Shown here: piece after piece, positions 55,566-63,925 of the stretch
Layout: each line of letters begins with the position of its first letter
How positions within the stretch are numbered: position 1 is the first letter of the stretch
Virus record (IMG/VR): IMGVR_UViG_3300048589_001082
Location: 36,465 to 100,464 of that record
DNA from: a virus
Length of the DNA stretch: 64,000 nucleotides
Direction: 5' to 3' (one strand)
Position numbers and translations under genes: made by a program
The notes under the pieces: model-generated
Told to the model about the DNA's origin: nothing
Seen by the model: only the letters and a program-made list of their open reading frames with translations
Databases searched by the model: none

Positions 55566-56258
55566 CTACCTGGCGGCGGCGGCGGTGGCCGCTGCCTCGG
55601 GCAGAAAGCGAAAGCCGTCCTCGCGCCGGGACTGGACGACCTCGCGCCCGGAGACCTCTTCCAGCTTATCGCGCAGACGGCTGACGGCCGTGCGCACCGC
55701 CCGCACGGCCGCGGCGTGCTCCAGCTCCTCGCCCCGCGCCGCCAGCCACAACTCCTCGTGCAGCACCGTCTCATACGGATGCAGCATGAAGTAGGTGAAC
55801 AGCGCCGTCTCCGTCGGCGTCAGGGCCAGCTCCCGGCCGCGATAGAACACCCGCCGCAGCTTGCGCTCCACCACCCACTCGCCGCGCGTCACGCGGGAGA
55901 AGTGGGTGTCGATGATGTCGCCCAACTGCCGCAGCATGTCCGGCGCGGGCTTGACGATGTAGTCTATCGCCAGCGCCGCCGCGCCGCCGCGCAGGAACTC
56001 CACCGCCGTTTCCTGGGTGGGGGCAGACGTCAGAACGACCACGCTCAGCAGCGGGTCAACCGCCCGATACCCGTACAGGAACTGGCGGCCGTCCACCGAA
56101 TACTCCACCAGCGCCAGGGCGTACTCCGCGCCCGCCAGCGCCGCCAGCGCCTCGGCCGCCGTGGGGTAGGCGTCTACCTCATGGCCGCCCTGCGCCTTCA
56201 AGCCGATCCGTAGCACGTCGCCAAAGGACCGGTTGTGATCGAGCACCAATATTCTCAT
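55566..56258 (-). CDS. orphan OmpR/PhoB-family response regulator with atypical receiver
   Basis: MRILVLD...LALVEY...VVVLTS...DYIVKP; LTPTE..L...VRTAVSRLRDKLE...GFRF. Confidence 0.9.
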   Translation of the reverse strand: MRILVLDHNRSFGDVLRIGLKAQGGHEVDAYPTAAEALAALAGAEYALALVEYSVDGRQFLYGYRAVDPLLSVVVLTSAPTQETAVEFLRGGAAALAIDYIVKPAPDMLRQLGDIIDTHFSRVTRGEWVVERKLRRVFYRGRELALTPTETALFTYFMLHPYETVLHEELWLAARGEELEHAAAVRAVRTAVSRLRDKLEEVSGREVVQSRREDGFRFLPEAAATAAAAR

Positions 56259-56505
56259 TCCCTCTCGCCTCCCTCAAGGCCGCCGGCGCGCCGCCCAGCA
56301 TGGCCGACATGTCGGCCACGGCCGTCCGCGCCAGCGCAATCACCGCAGACACATCATCCGCTACATCGCTATCAGTGTACATCAGAAACGACAGGGTTTC
56401 AAGACCCAAAGAAACGAGTTGGAACCGATCGAGGAAACCGACTGCGTCCGATATACTCAGATGGCCGGGTTCCTGTGGTGCAATAGGGGAATACAGGTTC
56501 AACAT
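56179..56505 (-). CDS. hypothetical protein
   Basis: GAGG RBS, MLNLYSP; overlaps the regulator start. Confidence 0.45.
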   Translation of the reverse strand: MLNLYSPIAPQEPGHLSISDAVGFLDRFQLVSLGLETLSFLMYTDSDVADDVSAVIALARTAVADMSAMLGGAPAALREARGNENIGARSQPVLWRRATDRLEGAGRP

Positions 56506-56934
56506 GACCTCATCGCCCGCGCCGCCCTCGACGCGGATACTCCTTGCTGCCAGGGTTTTTTCAAGTGGCTGCGACCGCGCCGGTCGGCGAACTCCCCGTC
56601 GGCCCGCGCTGGCAACGATGAATACAAGGGCCATTGTATGCCGGAACAATCCTCCGGTCAATCGCCCTATATACCCGTGTGCATTTCACACGGATTGAGC
56701 AATTTGTTGTGTTCAACCTTACAATATTTATTACAATGCCTGTTACAGCCGGATTGGCCGTCGCGGCGGCCGTCGCGCATGGGGAGGATCGTAGCGCAGG
56801 CGACCGGCGCTGTCTAGAAATTGGGGTGATAACACAACAGGTCAACCGGTTTCAACCGGCGGGGGGCTGGGCGGGGCGGGCGGGTCAATCACGGCCGCTT
56901 GACAGGCGTTGCCGTCGCCTGTTATACTGGGAAG

Positions 56935-57065
56935 CGTACCTCACGACATGGGGCTACACTCCCAAGCCCCCGGAATAACCGGCCGGGGCAAGCAGTGGCT
57001 CGTGGCCGCCCGGCCCAGCCACCGCCGACGAAGAGGCCCAGGCAACGCGCCTGGGCCTCTTGCTG
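56935..57065 (+). ncRNA. candidate sRNA, about 130 nt
   Basis: TTGACA(56899)-N18-(TGt)TATACT(56923); 13-bp hairpin 57031-57061. Confidence 0.5.
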
Positions 57066-57431
57066 TTACAGGTCGTCGTACTCGGCATCGGCGGGGTTGT
57101 CCCACATCTCAGCCAGCGTCCGGCACACGTAACACCCGCAGGGCGGGGGAGCGGCGGCCGCGGGTTCGACGGTAACACGGGCGGTGACTTGCAGCCACCC
57201 CTCGGCGGCGACGTTGGGCAGCGCGACCTGCTCCAGCCGCAGCGTGTCGCCCGGCGCGAAAGCGCCATCGGCGGCCAGGCGGCCGACGGCCGACACCACC
57301 GCCTCGCGCCACTTGACCGCCCGCCAGACATCCAGGTCATCGACCGGCAGGCGAACGCTGGTGGTCGAATACACCTGCCGGGAAGGGGCGGCCGGGCGGC
57401 CGTCGTGATACTCAGGGGGGCGTTCGCTCAT
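57066..57431 (-). CDS. hypothetical protein
   Basis: ATGA-coupled MSERPPE. Confidence 0.6.
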   Translation of the reverse strand: MSERPPEYHDGRPAAPSRQVYSTTSVRLPVDDLDVWRAVKWREAVVSAVGRLAADGAFAPGDTLRLEQVALPNVAAEGWLQVTARVTVEPAAAAPPPCGCYVCRTLAEMWDNPADAEYDDL

Positions 57432-57622
57432 GGGTTCTTCTCCGGTTCGTCTTGCGCCCAGGCCAGGACGCCACCCAGCACGCTGCCGGCCAGTAGCAGC
57501 AGCGCCGTGATCAGCGCCGCGACCGGGACAGGGGCCAGCGAAATCAGCATCGCCGCCCCCATGAAGCCGATGACGAAGCCGATAACGTACCACCACAGGC
57601 GACCGTGGACGTTGTTCATCAC
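57428..57622 (-). CDS. small two-TM protein
   Basis: two hydrophobic stretches. Confidence 0.65.
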   Translation of the reverse strand: MMNNVHGRLWWYVIGFVIGFMGAAMLISLAPVPVAALITALLLLAGSVLGGVLAWAQDEPEKNP

Positions 57623-58011
57623 TACCCGCCACGAATCTCTGTGCGAGATGTTTCCGGCTTCGGCCGGGACGCAGGCGTCCCACTCAGAAGCGCATCGCGC
57701 AGCGTGCCCGCCTCCGGCGCGGCCGCGGCCAACATCTCGGCCTGCTCGATCAGCTCATCGGCCAACGCCTCGATGCGCGCGCAGGCCACCGGCCGGCCGC
57801 GCTCCTCGCGCCAGTTGGCCGGGTCGGCCGCCGGCGACGACTTCCAGTTGAGGATCGTCTCAATCCCCAGCGTCGGGAGAGGCCCCTCCCCGGCCCAGAC
57901 GCGCTTCGTCTCGTACTGGCCGTCGGTGATGGTCGGCTCAATCTCGGCCGCGAGCGCCCGCACGCGCCCGGCCAGCGTCCGCAGGAACACTGCAAACTGC
58001 TCGTTGGTCAT
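57622..58011 (-). CDS. hypothetical protein
   Basis: GGAGG RBS, MTNEQF. Confidence 0.6.
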   Translation of the reverse strand: MTNEQFAVFLRTLAGRVRALAAEIEPTITDGQYETKRVWAGEGPLPTLGIETILNWKSSPAADPANWREERGRPVACARIEALADELIEQAEMLAAAAPEAGTLRDALLSGTPASRPKPETSRTEIRGG

Positions 58012-58168
58012 ATTCCCTCCAGGCGCTTCTAGCCGCGGCGCTACCTTCGGTCGGGCGTAGAGGGCCAGATGTTTTGTATCTCCGATAGTCGTATACCGAG
58101 TTGTGCTCATATCACTCCGTGTCCAGCCGCGGCCCGTAGATCGCCCGGCGCAACCGGCCATGACTCTC

Positions 58169-58507
58169 CTACTTCCGTGGCGAAGCCAGCCGCGTGGTGC
58201 TGACCTCGATCGTGTCCGGGTTCTCCCCATTCTCCAGCGCCAGGATGCCGCGATCCACCAGCCAGCGCACCAGATCGGCTTCCGGCACGCGATGTTGCCG
58301 CGCCAACTCGTGGATGTAGTCAAGTTGTTCCGGGCGAAAGGTGAACTGCCGGCGGATGTACTTCCCGGCCCGCAGTGACTTTTTAACCGTTGCCCGCGCC
58401 GCTGCTCCTGGATGCAACTGCGCCGTGGGGTTGCTGAAGCTAGTGGTCTTCTTGCCGCCCTTCGGCCGTGCCGGTTCCTCCAGGTCGTCCAGAAAGGTAT
58501 CGCTCAT
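58169..58507 (-). CDS. RHH (ParG/CopG-like) partition partner
   Basis: IRRQFTFRPEQLDYIHELARQH....ADLVRWLVD; flexible N-terminus; ATGA-coupled to parA. Confidence 0.75.
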   Translation of the reverse strand: MSDTFLDDLEEPARPKGGKKTTSFSNPTAQLHPGAAARATVKKSLRAGKYIRRQFTFRPEQLDYIHELARQHRVPEADLVRWLVDRGILALENGENPDTIEVSTTRLASPRK

Positions 58508-59373
58508 CGTGCCCCTCCGGCTACGCGCTCAATCAACGCCTCATAGGCCACCCGCGCCGGGTGGGTTGGTTCGGCATATTCCAGCAACGTACGGCCGCCC
58601 ACGCCAGACGACTCCTTAACCACGACCGACTGAGGGATGGCGTCGGCCACGCGCGGCCCATATGCCGCGTGTAAGTTGTCCATCATAGCCCGATCCATCA
58701 CCTGGCGCCCAATAGCCATCGTTGGCACAACCCACGCCAGCCGCGCTTTGGCCCCGGCGCGGTTGTAGGCGACCAGGTCGTTGGTGTGCTGGACGCAACC
58801 CACAACCGACAGGTGATCCGGCTTGGTCGGCACGACCACCTCGTCGGCCACCCGGTAGACGGCCGACTTGAGCGTGTCGAGTTTGGGCGGAGTGTCGATG
58901 ACGATGTAGGCCACCCGTCCCAGCAGGGGGGCCAGGTAGTGGCTCAGCACGTCGTCGAGCGGCGGTCGTTCGTCGTCGCCCGGCCGTCGCTGTCGCTGGA
59001 AGTCCAGCACCAGCAACTCCTCGGCCACGCGCTCCAGCCGGCGGCTGGCCGGCACGAGATACAGGTTCGGTCGTGGCAGTCCGTCGGCCGCCCGATCCAA
59101 CGGGACGATGGTCTGCTTGAGCGACCGCTCCCCGGTCAACAGAAAGCTGATGCACGCCCCGGCCTTGTTTGTCTCGGCGTCGTACACCAGCTCGCGCACG
59201 CCGAAGTAGTCAGCCAGGTTGCCCTGCGGGTCGAGATCGACAGCGACCACGCGCCCCTTCTCGCTGCCGCCGGGCATCTGTTTGCGGGACAGTCCGTGGG
59301 CCAGCACGCCGGCCGTCGTTGTCTTGCCCACGCCACCCTTCATATTGGCGACTACAATCACCTTCGTTTCCAT
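58504..59373 (-). CDS. parA: ParA/Soj-family ATPase
   Basis: NMKGGVGKTT; VDLDPQGN; IVIDTPP. Confidence 0.95.
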   Translation of the reverse strand: METKVIVVANMKGGVGKTTTAGVLAHGLSRKQMPGGSEKGRVVAVDLDPQGNLADYFGVRELVYDAETNKAGACISFLLTGERSLKQTIVPLDRAADGLPRPNLYLVPASRRLERVAEELLVLDFQRQRRPGDDERPPLDDVLSHYLAPLLGRVAYIVIDTPPKLDTLKSAVYRVADEVVVPTKPDHLSVVGCVQHTNDLVAYNRAGAKARLAWVVPTMAIGRQVMDRAMMDNLHAAYGPRVADAIPQSVVVKESSGVGGRTLLEYAEPTHPARVAYEALIERVAGGAR

Positions 59374-59390
59374 CGTTCCTCCGCTCCTGT

Positions 59391-59452
59391 TGAATACAAA
59401 TGAACCTCCAATGTACCCACAGTGAACCACTGTGAATACAATTGTATTCAAT
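59391..59452. repeat. parS-like array at parA promoter
   Basis: TG(A/T)A units at 59391, 59401, 59412, 59423, 59433, 59443; palindrome TGAATACAATTGTATTCA. Confidence 0.65.
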
Positions 59453-59474
59453 CATAGCAGAATCGTCAAGATGC

Positions 59475-59665
59475 AAAAAGACGGCCGAACCTCGGCCGCC
59501 TTGAACGCAATCCAGACGCAATCAGCACGCACTCCGGGGCAGGGTGGGGGGAGTAAAACGGAGACGCCAAAGGCTCACTGAAACCAAGACGCCACGGGGG
59601 GAGCCGTGGCGTCTGATGGTGATGGGCGGAACTTCGTATTCGTAATGGATGCATAGGAGGTTCCG
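59475..59665 (-). ncRNA. candidate sRNA, about 190 nt
   Basis: TTGCGC-N17-(TGg)TATCTT; internal hairpin AGACGCCACGG/CCGTGGCGTCT; terminator 59478-59502 with U-run. Confidence 0.45.
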
Positions 59666-59710
59666 GTTAGGAAGATACCACGCCGCCCGCGGCCGCGCAA
59701 CCGGCCTCGA

Positions 59711-60478
59711 TTAGAACGGCAGGGGCGCGCCGGTCGCGCTCTCGTGCCACTCGGTCAACCAGCGCATGGCCTCCTCGAAGCGGCGGGCGGGGAGCATCTT
59801 GTAGCCGGTGATGCCGAACTTGCGGTACAGCTCGCCATAGACGCCGCCGAACTCGTTACGACCGGATGCCTTGCCCAGCGCCAGCGCCACGGCCTTGACC
59901 GCCTGGCTGATCTGCGACGCCTGGTCGGGGGTGACGGTGCGCCCCGTGTCCCCCAGCGCCGCCTCGACCGTTTCCAGACGCCCCTCTACGGCCCCCAGAC
60001 GCCCGTCCAGCCGTGCTTCCAGCCGGGCCTGGTTCTCGGCCAGGGCCAGCACGGCGCGGGCCACCTGAACGGCCTGGGCGGTCTCAGGTGAGACGCCGGC
60101 CAGAATGTCGGCCGTGGTCAGTCGCCCCTCGGCAAAGGCCGCGGCCAGGACTTCGGCCGCGCGAAGCTGGAAGGTCTTCAGCTTCGGCCGCACGTCATCG
60201 CGCACGGCGCGGCCCTGCACCCCGGCCAGCCACAAGGGCACCAGGTCATGGCGCAGCATGTAGACCGCCTGCCGGCCGCCGGTTGTGTCGAGCGCCAGTT
60301 GCACCAACCCCTCGCCCAGGACATCATGCTCGCGGATGCGGCGCTGCTGAGACGGCCGATCCAGCCCCAGCACGCCGCAGACCTCGGCCACTGACACATA
60401 AATACGGCCGTCGTCGGCCCGTGCCGCCGTCAGCCGGTCGTCGTAGAACTCAACTTCCTTCTGAACCATCACCTGCAT
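59711..60478 (-). CDS. ant: phage antirepressor (P22 Ant-like N-terminal domain + ORF6C-like C-terminal domain)
   Basis: VEFYDD.L...IYVSV..VC..LGLD..SQ..RI...LWLAG; VYGELYRKFGI..YK.LP..RFEEA..WL. Confidence 0.85.
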   Translation of the reverse strand: MQVMVQKEVEFYDDRLTAARADDGRIYVSVAEVCGVLGLDRPSQQRRIREHDVLGEGLVQLALDTTGGRQAVYMLRHDLVPLWLAGVQGRAVRDDVRPKLKTFQLRAAEVLAAAFAEGRLTTADILAGVSPETAQAVQVARAVLALAENQARLEARLDGRLGAVEGRLETVEAALGDTGRTVTPDQASQISQAVKAVALALGKASGRNEFGGVYGELYRKFGITGYKMLPARRFEEAMRWLTEWHESATGAPLPF

Positions 60479-60495
60479 CGCCGTTCCCTCCGGGG

Positions 60496-60540
60496 AAGGG
60501 GGTGGCATATGCCACCCCCTTTGGTATACATCTGTATACC
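60496..60540. promoter_or_regulatory. two palindromes upstream of antirepressor
   Basis: AAGGGGGTGGCATATGCCACCCCCTT; GGTATACA-TC-TGTATACC. Confidence 0.65.
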
Positions 60541-60571
60541 CCTTCAATCCTATCACGCGCCGCTCGCCCGG

Positions 60572-60799
60572 TCACGCTTCGGCCGTGGGCGGCCGGCCGC
60601 GTTTCATCGCCTGCAACTGCTCGAAGGTGATGATCCCGCCCGGCCCGCCGTGGCGCGCGTTGGCCTCGGCCTGGGCGGCCGTCAACTCCTCATTGGTGAA
60701 CCGGAAGGCGTAGCGGGCGGCCCGTTCGCTCTCATACGCGCCCGGCATCCCCACTTGGTAGGCGCTGATTACGTAGCGGCCGTTCACGTAGTAGATCAT
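60572..60799 (-). CDS. hypothetical protein
   Basis: AGGAG RBS; TATAAT at 60830-60835. Confidence 0.65.
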   Translation of the reverse strand: MIYYVNGRYVISAYQVGMPGAYESERAARYAFRFTNEELTAAQAEANARHGGPGGIITFEQLQAMKRGRPPTAEA

Positions 60800-60856
60800 C
60801 GTTCTCGCTCCTTTAGCAACATGCTGTGTATTATACGCGACGTGGTGCTTAACTGC

Positions 60857-60978
60857 GCGTCCTACCAAGTGCATCCTACCGGGCGCGGGGGCTGGTAGGA
60901 AAGGTATACCCTCCTATAGGATGCTACAGGAGGGTACAGAAGGGTTGGTAGGACGCCCGGTAGGACGGCGGTAGGACG
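60857..60978. repeat. GGTAGGA(C) direct and inverted repeat locus (clt-like)
   Basis: Reverse copies 60860, 60874; forward copies 60894, 60947, 60959, 60970; central TCCTATAGGA. Confidence 0.85.
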
Positions 60979-60984
60979 GCCGGG

Positions 60985-62721
60985 CTAGTAGCCCAGCGCC
61001 TGCGGGGTGGGCTGGTAGCGGCCGTTTGGCCCCGGCTCGACCATGCCCGCTTCCTGAAGCACCTGGCGGATGACGTAGAAGGCCCGGCCGCCGTCGTCGC
61101 CGTACTGCGGGCACAGCTTCAGTTGCACCCGGCGGATGACCAGCTCGCGCCGGTACTCGTCCACGATCCGCTGCCGGGCGAGGGCGTCGATGTTCTCCAG
61201 GTCGATGGGCGCTTCCTCGCGCCGCGTCGGCCACTCGGTCGTGGCATAAACGATGGGCGGCGGCACGTCGGTCGGGGGAGCATTGACCGGAGCCGCGCGC
61301 ACTCCATAGAATCCGATGGGATTAGAGCCGGCTGACGGCCGCGGCGCGTCGGGCACGTGGGGAATGACCACTGGCCGGGCGCTGCCCATCGTTCGCAGCA
61401 CCGCCGGGCGGGCCATGCCCTCGACCAGCCGCGGATGTTCGGCTACGGCCAGCTTGCCCAGCACCAGGACGTTGCCGAAGTTCTCCAGCACATCCTTCTC
61501 CCCTTCAATGCCCAGGGTGCGCACGCGGGTCGATTGGGTCAAGAGCACCAGGAACAGCCCCACCTTGCGCCCCTCGCGCAGCCACTCTCGCCAGAAGTCG
61601 CGCACGTCGCGGCCCAGGGCGGCGACAATGGCCGGCATCTCGTCCACAAAGACGGTCAGCGGGGCGAAGTCGTCGCGGCCGTCCAGCCGCTCGCCGTAGC
61701 GGACGCGCAGCAGCTCGCGCAGCTCGTCCATCGAACCGCGGATGGCGTCGAAGTTCCGCCCGCCGCCGATGACCTCCAGCCCGGCCCAGTCGCGGCCGTT
61801 CCAGTGTGGGTCGAGCACGCGCACGTCGCCGCGCTGCCCGGCGATGAGGCGGGCCGCCGTGGACTTGCCGCTGTCCGTCTCGCCGGCGATGAGCATGTGC
61901 CCCTTGTCAATGACCGGCAGGGGGATGGGCGCGGCCTCCGGCCCGGCCGCGGGCGTGACGTCCACCGGCGACTCGACGCGGGCGGTCAGCTGCGGCCTCG
62001 GCGGCGGCGCGGCGATGGCGACCGGCCCCTGTGGCCCCCAGACCACGAACCCGATCTCCCCCGCCCGCTGGGGGCGGGACTGCCGCAGTTGCTGGATGAC
62101 GTAGCCGCCCACCAGCAGGAAGACCACGCCCACGGCCGTCAGCCCCACGCCGCCGACCACCCAGGGGGCCAGACTGTTCCACATTTCGCGCCGCGCCGCC
62201 TGGGCATTGCGCTCGCGGATCACCGCGTCCGCCTCCTGGCGCATGAAGGCGGCAATGGCCGCGTCGGCCGTGGCTGTGGCCGACAGGGTGTATGCCCCGG
62301 CGTCGGCCGTCTGCCGGATGGCCACGGCCTGCGCGTCGAGCATCAGGGCGTCCCACGTGGCCGTGGCCTGGGCAGCGGCGGCTCCGGCCGTGGCCTGGGC
62401 GGCGGCCGTCGCCTCGGTCTGGGCCGCGACCGTGCCCTGGATGGCGACGGCCGTGCCCGTGGCCAGCGCCGCCGCCGCGTCGGCCGTCTGCTGCACGGCT
62501 TGGGCCGTGGCCTCCTCCGCCCGGCGCGTGGCCGCCAGCGCCTCGGTCTGGGCCGTGGCCTGAATGGCGTTCCAGGCGTTGATCGTCGCCTGGGCGTCAA
62601 GCACGTCCAGCCCGCCGACATCGGGCGCGCCGCCGGTCGCGCCGCCGCCGCCGCCGCAGGCCACGGCCGCCAGGGCCAGCACCACAGCCGTCCCTAGCAT
62701 AGCGCGGGCAGTCTTACTCAT
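60985..62721 (-). CDS. membrane-anchored FtsK/TraB-like ATPase
   Basis: Lipobox-like LAAVAC; Thr/Ala-rich stalk; TM helix; HMLIAGETDSGKS; VFVDE; LREGRKVG.....TQS. Confidence 0.8.
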   Translation of the reverse strand: MSKTARAMLGTAVVLALAAVACGGGGGATGGAPDVGGLDVLDAQATINAWNAIQATAQTEALAATRRAEEATAQAVQQTADAAAALATGTAVAIQGTVAAQTEATAAAQATAGAAAAQATATWDALMLDAQAVAIRQTADAGAYTLSATATADAAIAAFMRQEADAVIRERNAQAARREMWNSLAPWVVGGVGLTAVGVVFLLVGGYVIQQLRQSRPQRAGEIGFVVWGPQGPVAIAAPPPRPQLTARVESPVDVTPAAGPEAAPIPLPVIDKGHMLIAGETDSGKSTAARLIAGQRGDVRVLDPHWNGRDWAGLEVIGGGRNFDAIRGSMDELRELLRVRYGERLDGRDDFAPLTVFVDEMPAIVAALGRDVRDFWREWLREGRKVGLFLVLLTQSTRVRTLGIEGEKDVLENFGNVLVLGKLAVAEHPRLVEGMARPAVLRTMGSARPVVIPHVPDAPRPSAGSNPIGFYGVRAAPVNAPPTDVPPPIVYATTEWPTRREEAPIDLENIDALARQRIVDEYRRELVIRRVQLKLCPQYGDDGGRAFYVIRQVLQEAGMVEPGPNGRYQPTPQALGY

Positions 62722-63145
62722 AGCGACCCTCCTCGTACCCCGGCGGCAGCGACCGCACCGTCTCGGCCGGGGGCAGGACACGCATCCGGGGGGCGAGGGG
62801 CAGGGGAGCCGGGCCGGGGCCGGGCGGCGCGGCGGGCCGCGCCCGCTTGCGCCGGCGGGCCAGACCGCGGCCGAACTCGCGCCCGGCCGGCAGCCCGAAG
62901 GCCACCACACCCACGTAGGCCAGCGCCGCCACGCCCAGCGCCGCGCCGAAGAGTAGCACGCCGCCGCGGCCGTCCGGCTCGGCGCGGGTTTCCAGCGTCA
63001 GTTGGTGCAGGCTCTTCGGCGCGGTCAGCTCGCGGTAGTCATAGTGGCGGCCGACCGCCTCGCGCCCCACCAGGAAGGCGGCCGCGGCGACCAGGACCAG
63101 CCCCACGACGAGCACGCGGTTGAGGAGATCGCCCAGTCGCTTCAT
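62714..63145 (-). CDS. two-TM membrane protein
   Basis: MKRLGDLL; overlaps ATPase start. Confidence 0.7.
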   Translation of the reverse strand: MKRLGDLLNRVLVVGLVLVAAAAFLVGREAVGRHYDYRELTAPKSLHQLTLETRAEPDGRGGVLLFGAALGVAALAYVGVVAFGLPAGREFGRGLARRRKRARPAAPPGPGPAPLPLAPRMRVLPPAETVRSLPPGYEEGRYE

Positions 63146-63363
63146 GCGCCCTCCCCATTCTCCGCGCGCCCGTCCTCGTCCGGCCCCAAAACAATCGGGC
63201 GGGCGGCCTTCTCGAACGCCAGCCAGCCGGCCATCATCTCGCGCTGGGCGGCCGACAGCGCCTCGTTCGGCCCGGCCAGCAGCAGGGATTCGATCAGCGT
63301 CAGCGCCGCCTGGAGATGCCCGGCCATCTCCTCCCATAGCTCAGTCAGTGTTGTTTTGTTCAT
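63142..63363 (-). CDS. hypothetical protein
   Basis: MNKTTL; ATGA coupling. Confidence 0.6.
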   Translation of the reverse strand: MNKTTLTELWEEMAGHLQAALTLIESLLLAGPNEALSAAQREMMAGWLAFEKAARPIVLGPDEDGRAENGEGA

Positions 63364-63594
63364 CCCCACCGGCCTCCACCGGCCGGCGCGCCGCCCCCGA
63401 CGCGCCGCAGACACATCCACCACCAGGACGGCCGGGGCGAGAAACGCACGCGGCCCCGCGCGAAGGTGCGCGGGGCCGTTGGTCTGGTAATATTACCGAC
63501 AGCCCGCCGCGGCCTCCACCGCGGCCGGGTAGGGGAGCGGCCGTGTTAACGGCACGACCGCTCCCCGTCACCGGGTCAAACGAAATACAACAAC

Positions 63595-63623
63595 AGTATA
63601 ATGTTTATGGCGCGGGGTGTCAA
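63595..63623 (-). promoter_or_regulatory. consensus promoter of the ATPase operon
   Basis: TTGACA-N17-TATACT. Confidence 0.75.
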
Positions 63624-63850
63624 CCGGATGAGGGCGTATCGGTGGGGGAATCGGGGCGCGGGCCGCGCTTCCGGCCGCGCTCTTGCATCTCTGTCATGTA
63701 GGCCAGGAGCGACGCCCGCTCGATCTGCCACGCCAGACGGCCGAACCGCTTGGCGTGGATGCGACCGGCGCGGGCCAACTCCCGGACGTGCTGGGGATGA
63801 TAGCCGCCCAGCGCGGCGGCTTCTTCGACCGTAATCCAGACCTCGTCCAT
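63620..63850 (-). CDS. excisionase-family HTH protein
   Basis: WITVEEAAALGGYHPQHVRELARAGRI.AKRFG..WQI. Confidence 0.85.
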   Translation of the reverse strand: MDEVWITVEEAAALGGYHPQHVRELARAGRIHAKRFGRLAWQIERASLLAYMTEMQERGRKRGPRPDSPTDTPSSG

Positions 63851-63925
63851 CGGGGGGTACGGGGCGGGGGGTGTGGGGAAGGGAGCCGCGGCCGGCCGGC
63901 GCTCGCGCCGCCGCCGCTGTATCTC

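Noticed and set aside
22136-62697. Many long plus-strand ORFs (e.g. 23330-24730, 30019-31434, 52136-53527, 61357-62697)
   Set aside because: High-GC shadows of motif-supported minus-strand genes.
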